Positions 23,801 through 32,659 of a DNA stretch of 64,000 nt are shown piece by piece. The position numbers and the translations under genes are program-made. Position 1 is the first letter of the stretch. Every line of letters starts with the position of its first letter. The DNA is from Octopus sinensis. Lineage: Eukaryota. The stretch covers positions 97,402,001 to 97,466,000 of the forward strand of contig NC_042997.1 in the NCBI RefSeq assembly GCF_006345805.1. Direction: 5' to 3'. The notes under the pieces were generated by a model, which did not search any database, was not told the origin of the DNA, and worked only from the letters and a program-made list of their open reading frames with translations.

Positions 23801-26475
23801 AGATTAATGATGCTGTTGTTTATGTCTGGATGTGTTTGTCTGCTTGGTTGGAGTGGAAGAGATAGTATTCCTAGAATACTGATGTAATAGGATTCTGGAT
23901 TTGTGTGTATGTATGTATGTATGCATGTGTTTATGTATGTGCTGTCTGTCTCTTTAACTCTTCTCCTTCCCTTCTGGCCCCTCTAAACTTCTCTTCACTT
24001 TTGAGTCTATATATGGTGATCCCACACATCAAAGGACTTCTTGCACTTAAACACTTTCTGGACCTTTGACCCAACTCCTAACCTGACACCTCCACACTTC
24101 TTTGTCTGGCCGAACTTGTTCTCTCCCTCAACTGCTTCTCATTCGCAGGGGATTTTTACTAACAGGTCTTAGGAGCAGCCATGGGAACAAGAGTGGGGCC
24201 CAACTATGTGAACCTGTATGTTGGCTATGTTGAGGCCCAACTATTCTCACAATTCACTGGTCTCACTTCTGAACTATACGATTGTTATACTGATGACTGT
24301 ATTGGTGTGACCTCACTCTCCCATAAACAAATAGATTCTTTCCTCTCTTTTGTCCAATCCTTTCATCCTGCACTATTTCCAACACTTCCATAACATTTCT
24401 GCCAACATACACTACTCTGTTCTCACTACCTCCATCCATTACAAACACACCGACTCACACTCCTACTTTAACTTCTCATCCTCCTATCCTACCCATACCC
24501 CGCTCCTCCTGGTCCACAGTTTCTTCTCCAACCCAACCTCTCAGCCTGGCTGGTTCCCCTGCTCCCCCCCATGCTTCCACACTTGCCCCTACCTCTCCAA
24601 CACCACTATCCTCACACATACCCATCAATCATCCCTATCATATCACCGATTCTTTTACCTGAACTTCTAGCAACATCATTTACTGCATCTCCTGCTCTTT
24701 CTGCCCTTCTTTGTACATCGGTCAAACAGGATACCTCTTGGTTGACTGATTTGCAGTGCACCTCCGAGACATCAGACTCAGCAATGACTCCCCAGTCTCA
24801 TGCCATTTCCACTCTACCAGTCATTCACTACAACTCCTGTCTGTGTTTGGATTGTCTTTGCACAGGGACCATCCTGACTCCTGCCTTCACTGTGAACAGG
24901 AATTAATCTTCTCTCTTTGCTCTGTTGCGCTACCTGGGTTCAATTCCCCTCCTCTCCTCTTGACCTGACACCTCTTACCTCACTTTGCTCCTACTCACCT
25001 CTTTTCTCTACATCTGACACCTACTTCCTCTCTCCACTCCTACCCACGCACTCTTGTCATTGATACCGCCCCACACACTCCACATCCAACCCCCCCATAC
25101 CACATCACATAACACCACCCCATGCCACTCCACACACACTAACACTGACCACTTCCCAGCTCCCACACCATCATCCAAACACCCACACATCATCATCAAT
25201 GCACCCATGCGTTACAGATGCTCACACTTACATATACATCCACACACACATTCTCACATACACACACACCTTCGTTTTGGGATCACCAATACTTTATTAT
25301 CTCCCCTGCTTTCATCCTCTTCTGTCAAACCATTTTTTTTTCTTACCTGTTACCATGCTTGACCAAGTTTGTTTTCTCTCTCTGTTTATTTTCTCTTATT
25401 CCATTCTGTTGAAGAGTATAGGCTCAAAATGTAGAAGACTTTCTCACTCTCCTGAGTGTCAAACTAATACGCTTGTGTGTGTGTGTAGTGGCAAGGACTG
25501 TAAGCTTGGAGAGTGCTGCAACATTAAATAGTGCCCTTCGGTGTCCAGGTGGTCTTTTTTGTTGTTGTGTTGAAGATGAACTGAGGACATGGTATATGTA
25601 CAGCCTGTGTTGGTGCAAATTATACTGATTTGTGTTCTTTATAATTTATAGTCCTTGTGTAGTGATTGTGGGCCTATTCAAGTGTGGCATTGTATTTATA
25701 CACTAGTGTTGTTTCTTTGTGTTGGCCAAATGTGGTATTGTGGAGCCATGTGGCTTAGTGGTTAGGGATGTTGGACATATGATCATAAGATTGTGCTTTC
25801 CATTCCTGGACTGGGTGACATGTTCCTGAGTAAAACACTCCATTTCACGTTGCTTCATTCCACTCAGCCGGCAAAAGTGAGTAATCCTGCAACAGGCCAG
25901 CGTCCCATCTAGAGGAAGAATATATATATATCAGAGAAATTGGGAAACCAGCCCTATGCATCTGTATGACTTTAGAAGGACCTTTATCCTTATCCAAATG
26001 TAGTTTTTGTGCTGCTGTTCTGAGTACTGTAGAGTAGGAAGAACATCTCACTACAGTTAGCAGCTATGGCAGTCCTGAAAAATTGTCTCATAATATGTAG
26101 TGCTAGGCTTAAAGCCTCCTGTGAACCTAAAGCCTTAGTCTGCAATTACTTGAAAGTATTGCAGGACAAACAACTACCAGCTGTTTGTAAAGCTGAAATT
26201 TCAAGACTATATTTCCATGACTATTCCACTTCTGTGTTTTTTGCATCTGTTTGTGTATGTGTGTGTAATATATGCCTATTTGTTTATTTCTATTCACAGA
26301 CATGCTGCCAAATACTCCTGTTGGTCGAGAACTTGCATCAGAGCGTTTACGACAGTTGGGAGAAAATTTTATCAAAGAAGGCATCCAGGGCGATTATTGG
26401 TCTGACAGTGTATTTCTCGTGTATATTAACATGTGTGACATCTCTGGCCTTCCAACTCCAGACCTTTATGTATGA
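4223..26475 (+). CDS. FBXO38: F-box only protein 38 (FBXO38), multi-exon gene, 5' F-box exon outside window
   Basis: 13 GT-AG exons with consistent phases, total 4569 nt, ending TGA. Peptides match recalled vertebrate FBXO38 motifs ([61 protein letters not shown]-terminal MCDISG.P). Confidence 0.95.
5474..5609 (+). CDS. FBXO38: FBXO38 exon ([13 protein letters not shown]...LIITCEAK)
   Basis: cctag acceptor, gtacga donor, phase-consistent. Confidence 0.92.
7031..7161 (+). CDS. FBXO38: FBXO38 exon ([13 protein letters not shown]...FVDSFPEP)
   Basis: Polypyrimidine + ctag acceptor, gtaagc donor. Confidence 0.92.
7318..7491 (+). CDS. FBXO38: FBXO38 exon (GKWTAEELL...[14 protein letters not shown]...[10 protein letters not shown])
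   Basis: Not in ORF track; translated by hand; tttag acceptor, gtgata donor; matches [14 protein letters not shown] / IYNCPHLH. Confidence 0.92.
9110..9440 (+). mobile_element. RTE-clade LINE 3' fragment
   Basis: Degenerate ORF2 end (..[31 protein letters not shown]). Confidence 0.65.
9579..9732 (+). CDS. FBXO38: FBXO38 exon (DTNCWSNL...[11 protein letters not shown])
   Basis: tcag acceptor, gtgagt donor. Confidence 0.93.
10043..10254 (+). mobile_element. piggyBac-type MITE, family A
   Basis: TTAA TSD, cccttt(a)gyatt termini, about 210-230 bp, many copies in window. Confidence 0.8.
10284..11179 (+). CDS. FBXO38: FBXO38 exon ([16 protein letters not shown] + Ala/Pro/Ser-rich region)
   Basis: aacag acceptor, gtaagc donor, open frame 896 nt. 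Confidence 0.9.
12695..12995. repeat. Degenerate pyrimidine-rich minisatellite (cataacactgcctctctct-like units)
   Basis: Recurring unit seen several times upstream of exon 13105. Confidence 0.6.
13105..14765 (+). CDS. FBXO38: FBXO38 large Ser-rich exon ending [14 protein letters not shown]
   Basis: ttcag acceptor, gtgagc donor, open frame 1661 nt, conserved end motif. Confidence 0.9.
14911..15260 (-). mobile_element. LINE 3'-UTR copy, same family (others near 480-660, 11440-11680, 20995-21195, 30285-30540, 38350-38730, 42400-42640, 47637-47800, 55578-55715, 63800-64000)
   Basis: Near-identical module and internal ttttacgtgccac repeats. Confidence 0.78.
15442..15780 (-). mobile_element. Non-autonomous Helitron
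   Basis: 5' TC(tctctatatataaa) at 15780; 3' 16-bp stem actagcactatgaccc/gggtcatagtgctagt ending CTAG; A^T site. Confidence 0.72.
16669..16771 (+). CDS. FBXO38: FBXO38 exon (VLGVQSKTL...[13 protein letters not shown])
   Basis: catag acceptor, gtaagt donor; resembles VLVLKSKNL...GITDLVLKDCP. Confidence 0.9.
16868..17093 (-). mobile_element. piggyBac-type MITE, family A
   Basis: TTAA flanks, reverse complement of 10043 copy. Confidence 0.8.
18343..18509 (+). CDS. FBXO38: FBXO38 exon (CSACRVLKK...FAQCKKL...FLRPMHQ)
   Basis: tttag acceptor, gtaaga donor. Confidence 0.92.
18900..19128 (-). mobile_element. piggyBac-type MITE, family A
   Basis: ttaaccctttagcatt...aatgctaaagggtta. Confidence 0.8.
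20170..20321 (+). CDS. FBXO38: FBXO38 exon ([10 protein letters not shown]...DLLPNIN)
   Basis: atcag acceptor, gtaatt donor, phases fit; diverged sequence. Confidence 0.8.
21279..21364 (+). CDS. FBXO38: FBXO38 exon (CLREILK...RSIHNFE)
   Basis: cttag acceptor, gtaaga donor, phases fit. Confidence 0.8.
21899..22126 (+). mobile_element. piggyBac-type MITE, family A
   Basis: TTAA flanks, same internal sequence. Confidence 0.8.
22442..22534 (+). CDS. FBXO38: FBXO38 exon (EINEDG...KTDIPWLK...)
   Basis: tacag acceptor, gtacat donor; TDIPWL resembles SDFPWL. Confidence 0.83.
23985..25475 (+). mobile_element. Penelope-like retroelement remnant (Neptune-type): RT, Cys linker, GIY-YIG, 3' region
   Basis: GAAMGT..GPNY.NLYVG.VE and YTDD RT motifs; PC...C..TC Cys cluster; [15 protein letters not shown]...H...PVS.HF GIY-YIG motifs; frameshifted. 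Confidence 0.85.
26300..26475 (+). CDS. FBXO38: FBXO38 last coding exon (...[21 protein letters not shown])
   Basis: cacag acceptor, TGA 26473-26475; resembles IFIHYCDVNGEPVEDDYI. Confidence 0.88.
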
Positions 26476-26526
26476 ACTAATTTTGCCAGTGTGGGCTTGT
26501 ACGAGGGATATAGAAATATTTTTCTC

Positions 26527-26580
<54 letters not shown>

Positions 26581-27540
26581 ACACAAACACATACACACAC
26601 TGGTGTATATATGTTATTAAAATAATTGTATATGTATGAAAAAAATAACATCAGAAAAAAAAATGTAAGACAAAATAGTTGATCTGTAAAGACACTTCCT
26701 CAGTATATTTTGTATCACTTGAAATGTTTTATCTACAATTAACATTTTAGTGAAATTATCTATTGAAAAATTACCTGTTACTTATTGACAATATAGATTT
26801 CAGTTTTAGATTTTTGTTTTTTTTCCTCTTCCCAAACCTAAACTCTTACCAAAAAAAAAAAAAAAAGTAACTTAACCCTTTCATTTCTATATTTCTAACT
26901 AAAATACCCCACTATGTGTTTCTATTAAATTCTACAGTAATCGTGAGTTTAGATGGCTTTCGTAAAAGAACTATAACTTTTATATTTATTAAAATATTAA
27001 AATGCTATTTCGAACACAACTCAACTGAAAGTTTTTATGTATATTTGTTACAGAATTTTGTGTACCATATTAATTGAGTTATTAACCAAAATTATGTTAA
27101 CAAACAGTTAGATGTTGCTCTTCCCTTTCAGCTTTGGGTGCCCACTTGGTCTTGGTGACCAGTAGGCCTCAGCAAATAAATAAATATATATATATATGGG
27201 TAAAGACCCCTTTGGTCATTAATGACCATGGGGTTGCACCTGAGAAGTTACCCTCCAAAGCACAAATCTGAGCAAGGTTGTTTATTGAACACCAGCAGTC
27301 GTCCATGCCTACCAGCCTCTCCTCTCCATGCCACCGATGTTATCCAAGGGAAAGGCAAGGATTGATACAGCTTGGCACCAGTGATATCGCAACTCATTTC
27401 TACAGCTGAATGAACTGAAGTAATGTGAAATAGTGTCTTGCTGAAGAAAACAACACACAACGCAGTCCTGGAATCGAACCTGCTACCTCATGATTGTGAG
27501 CTTGACACTTTAACCATTGAGCCATGCACTTTCACGGATA

Positions 27541-27995
27541 CATCATCATCATCATCATCATCATCATTTAACGTCCGCTTTCCATGCTAGCATGGGTTGG
27601 ACGGTTCAACTGGGGTCTGGGGAGCCCGAAAGCTGCACCAGTCCAGTCAGATCTGGCAGTGTTTCTACAGCTGGATGCCCTTCCTAACGCCAACCACTCC
27701 GAGAGTGTAGTGGGTGATTTTATGTGCCACCGACACAGGTGCCAGACGAGGCTGACAAACGGCCACGCTCGGATGGTGTTTTTTATGTGCCACCGACACA
27801 GGTGCCAGACGAGGCTGGCAGACGGCCACGCTCGGATGGTGTTTTTTATGTGCCACCGACACAGGTGCCAGACGAGGCTGGCAGACGGCCACGCTCGGAT
27901 GGTGTTTTTTATGTGCCACCGACACAGGTGCCAGACGAGGCTGGCAGACGGCCACGCTCGGATGGTGTTTTTATGTGCCACCGACACAGGTGCCA
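27541..27995 (-). mobile_element. LINE 3'-UTR copy with internal 63-bp tandem array
   Basis: (CAT)n tail on +, shared module, units starting 27721, 27784, 27847, 27910, 27972. Confidence 0.8.
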
Positions 27996-27999
27996 ATAC

Positions 28000-28032
<33 letters not shown>

Positions 28033-30875
28033 CACTTATTCTTTTACTTGTTTCAGTCATTTGACTGCAACCATGCTGGAGCACCACCTTAAGGAGTTTT
28101 AATCGAAGAAATTGACCCCAGGTCTTATTCTCTGTAAGCCTAGTACTTATTCTATTGGTCTTTTTGCTGAACCACTAAGTTACAGACATAAACACTCCAA
28201 CATCAGTTGTAAAACAATGGAGGAGGAGAACAAACACACCAATATATTAAACATTGTGTGTGTATACATATATATATATATACATACATACATATAAACA
28301 CATTCACGCATATACACACAATGGCCTTCTCTCAGTTTGTCTGGCTTTGGTCAGTCCTAGGCTACAGTAGAAGATACTTGCTCAAGGTGCCACACAGTGG
28401 GACTGAACCTGGAACCATGTAGGTGGGAAGCAAGCTTCTTACCACACGTGTGCTAGTATGGATGTTACTGCATGTGTGAGTTTATGTTTTGACTTTTATA
28501 AGTGTAAATATACATAGTTTTGTATGTAATATATACACATACATTCCTCTGGGTACTGCAATTGTATCTTGGCTTAATTTTACTGATCCAACAGGAACAG
28601 CCAATGAAAATTATGGTTTAGGAATCATTTGAGGAGTTTAGGTTCTACTGTACCATGCTGACCCCTTGTATGTCAACACAAATTGATCCATAGCTTCAAA
28701 GCAGTCATATTTCCAAAAGACAGACAATTTCTGCCCACAACCAGAGATGTTGGCCAACTACAGCTGGCAATATATGTTTATTATAGCATACTAGATGCTT
28801 ATTATATTTATAGCAAAGATGTCTAGTTTCTTATTTTTTCCCTTGTTTGTTTTGTATAGTGATCAGTGTCTGCCATTATTATATGGAACATTTGAATTGG
28901 AATAAACAAATGTAAATAGTCAGTGGGTTCTGCATCATGGGGATGACTGACTGAATTTGGTTTCTCCTAAACCTTTTGGAAGAGATTCCATTCCATTTCT
29001 TTCTGAAAGTCATTGCTTTTACTGCTGCTGTCCAACATTAACTTTCTCAGAGTATTTGTTCAAAGTCTACCACATAATATGCTTAATATATATTTGTTGC
29101 ATTTGAAAATTGCTATTACCAAATCTGAAGCAAATATGATTTTAAAAGACTAGAACATTATAATGATAAAGAAGAAAAAGACTGATTTGGCAAAAATGTC
29201 TCCAAAGTGCAAAAAATACAAAATTCATGTCATAAAAATGTCAGTTGGTGTACAGCAGGTGTTTGTCTAGTGAAATGACCTGTTACTAAAACATTAATGA
29301 AATTTTCATTGATATTTTGATTTGAACCTGAATAGGTTAATGATGATGCTTTCAAGAAAGTTGGTATTTTACAATGACAGGCAATAAAGAGGGTTGCTAG
29401 GGAAAGGGTTGTGAGCTCGTAATTTTAGAATTATTTTTTTTGGGTCCCAAGGCAAGCTCTAATTATATAACTTGTCTCCTTCTTCTTAGTGGAAAAGATA
29501 GACAACACTATTCTTACTTCACTCTTGAGAAATTAGCAACAGGAAGAACATTCAATTGTAACAAGTAAAAATGGAAAAAAGAAAAAGATTAAAAATAGAC
29601 CTCTTCCAATGTATGAGTGCCCAAATTTGTGACAAAAAGAGACCTTTAAAAATGGATAAAAAAATTACATCTATAAATTTTATTTATATATATCCACTAA
29701 AATATAAAAAAATATATCTTGGTGAAGAAATAAAGCAGTCATGACAGATGAGATGTAGAAAGAATTCTTTCATTTATTAAGCTCGAAATTTTTTTATTTT
29801 TTAACATTCTTTTCAAAGTGTTATGAAGTGGCTAAATTGCAAAAGTTAGATCAATTTTGTTGCAGTATTTGTTGAGCTAATGATCTAACATATGTCCTTT
29901 TATCAATTAATCTTGTACTTTCTTTTTACTACTAATTCAAAGAAGATGAAAGAGCAAATCTGTTTTGAGCAGAATTTGAACTCCAAATGTAAATGTGCAT
30001 GAATAACATAGTAGAAGTGTACTGAGAGAAAAACTGGACATAACTGGAATCATTTGTAGTGTGCAAGAGAAAAGACTGTGTTGATATGGACTTGTGGACA
30101 GCTGTATAAAGAAGAGCTAATCACTTAATGTGGATGGGAGCTTGCAGGAAGACATGGGACAAAGTGGTGAAGGCTGACCTCTGAACCTCATCAAAGAGAT
30201 GACAAAGGACTGGGGTGACTGACAATAGGTGTTTCTTGAAAAGACCTGCCCTTGGTGAAATTGAGATTCTGAAAGCACTATATATCATCAACATCATCAT
30301 CGTACGTCCGTCATCTATGCTGGCATGGGTTGGCTGGTGTGACCAGAGCTGACAAGCTGAAGGGCTGCACCAGTCTCCCATCTGATTTGGTATGGTTTCT
30401 ATGACTGGATGCCCTTTCTATAATACCAACCACTTCACAGAGTTTGCTGGATGCTTTTATATAGCTCTGCTTGAGGACTTTTATGTGATACTGCACAGAT
30501 GCTTTTACGTAGTACTGCATGGGTGTTTGTATGTGACACCCCATGCTCAATTTCCTCTCCAAGATGTCCGATCACTCATCATCTCTCTCTAACTGCAGTC
30601 ATCTGTTGTAATTAAATGAGAGCAAAACTGCATACTTCACTTGAACTTACTTGATACCACTATCTCACCACCTAGAACCATTTCATTTGATAACCACCCT
30701 TCATTCTTAATTCTGTCCTCTCCACCCTCGTTTTACATTGATCACCTCTTGAACTACCGCACAACTCTTCCCATCTCCATTCACCATGCCTGCCACTCAC
30801 TTTACAACCTACCCAACTACACATCATCTCTCCTCTCTTTCCTATTCTTCCTTGTCTACTGTGTTGTTATTATTA

Positions 30876-32095
30876 AGGTGGTGAGCTGGCAGAATCATTA
30901 GCACACTGGACAAAATGCATAGCAGCATTTCATCCCTCATTCTGAGTTCAAATGCTGTGATCAATGTAATCAGCTTAACTCCGTCCCTAAAACACCTCTG
31001 ACCTTGTTTCAGAATTTCAAACCATTGCTGCTGGTACAATCGTTAGCATGTCAAGCAAAATGCCTTGTGGCATTTCTTGTGGCTTGTTCTGGGTTCACAT
31101 GCTGCCAAGGTCAACTTTGCTTCTCAAACTTTCAAGGTCATTAAAATAAGTTACAGTTGAGCACTGAGGGTTAATGTAATCGCTTACCCCTATCCCTTGT
31201 GCCAAAATTATAAAGAATTATTTTTATTATATAAAGGCAGTGATCTGTCAGAATCACTAGCATGCTGGGCAAAATATTTAGCAGCATTTCATGTCTACAT
31301 TCTGAGTTCCAATTCCATGGGGGTTGACTTTGCCTTTCATCCTTTCGGGGTCAATATATTAAGTACCAGTTGTGTACTGGGGTTGATCTAATTGACTGGC
31401 CCACCCTCCCCCCATATTTCAGGCCTTGCGCCTTAAGTAGAAAGGATTATTATTATAAGGCAAGCTGGCAGAATCGTTAACATGCCATACAAAATGCTTA
31501 ACAGCATTTTGTTTGTCTTTAGATTCTGAGTTCAAATGCTGCTGGAGCCAACTTTACCTTTCAGGATTGATAAAATAAGTATCAGTTGAGCGTTGGGGTT
31601 GATCTAATCAACTTAGCCCCTCCCCCGAAATTGGTGGCCTTGTGCCAAACTTTGAAACCATTATTATTACTATTACTAAGATCTTGAGCTGGCAGAATTG
31701 TGTGCCAGGCACAATGCTTAGCGGCATTTTGTCTGTTTTCACATTCTGAGTTCACATTCCACTGAGGTTAGCTTTACCTTTCTTCTCTTCAGGGGTCAAT
31801 AAATTAAGTACCAGTGAAACACTGGGGTCGATGTAATCAACCAGTCCTCTCCCTCCAAATTTCAGGCCTTGTGCCTTTAGTAGAAAGTATTATTACTAAG
31901 GCAGAATTGTTAACACACCTGGTAAAATGCTTAACAGCATTTCGTCCATCCTTATTTTCTGAGTTCAAATTCCACCAGGACCAACTTTACCTTTGGGGTC
32001 AATAAGTACTAATTGAGCACTGGGACTGATGTAATCGACTTCTCCCATCCCTGAACTTATTGACCTTGTGCCAAAATTTGAAACCCTTATTACTA
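30876..32095 (+). mobile_element. Head-to-tail array of six tRNA-derived SINEs with Meta-like domain (dispersed copies 3690-3890, 17130-17320, 18030-18175, 20805-20960, 22690-22917, 42645-43105)
   Basis: Each unit: gctggcagaatcgttagc...gagttcaaat...gtcgactttgcctttcatcctttcggggtcgataaaataagtacc...(tta)n. Confidence 0.82.
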
Positions 32096-32594
32096 TTCTG
32101 CAACTCTTCAGCCCTACTTCCTCCTTTCTGCAATGTCAGCCATATAGAAGAAAGACAAAATGGTCATAGCTGGAATGCCTTTAATAATGGGTTTACTTGA
32201 TCTAAGATTAAACAACAACAATGCTGTCTGATGGACAGTCATGTATGCAATTTTATGAACAAGACTAAGGCAGAAGATAATTGCTAAACTGCCATACTGT
32301 GAAGATGAAACTATGTAAGTGATAAAGATGCAGGTTTATTGCATTCTGTGTCAATGCAAAGCAACATCTGAACAGACAGAGATGTCCTGAACCACAAAAA
32401 GGAAAAATGAACTATACTGAGAGATTTATATAAGAATTTTAATAATTTTTTTTATTGCTTAACAGTAAAACTAAGATTTTCATTTAGTTTATTAAGATGT
32501 AAAAATAACAACTTTTTTTCTCATACTATGAGAATATTTGTTTAATTCTATTCCTAAGTTGAATATTCCATTCTTCAAACTTATCTTGGTGTGG

Positions 32595-32659
32595 TCAGAG
32601 TTCTTCCTTTGAAATGGAACCCATTGATGAGGGTGATATTGATTCCTTTGACTTGAATT
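32595..32659 (-). CDS. TXNDC16: TXNDC16-like last exon (EFKSKESISPSSMGSISKEEL*)
   Basis: Long polypyrimidine tract + cctag acceptor, in phase, ends with KDEL-type KEEL then TGA. Confidence 0.8.

Noticed and set aside
27715-27995. CRISPR-like array and overlapping ORFs (27568-28102)
   Set aside because: Units are near-identical with no unique spacers, there are no cas genes and the context is eukaryotic. The ORFs stay open only because the 63-bp period is a multiple of 3.
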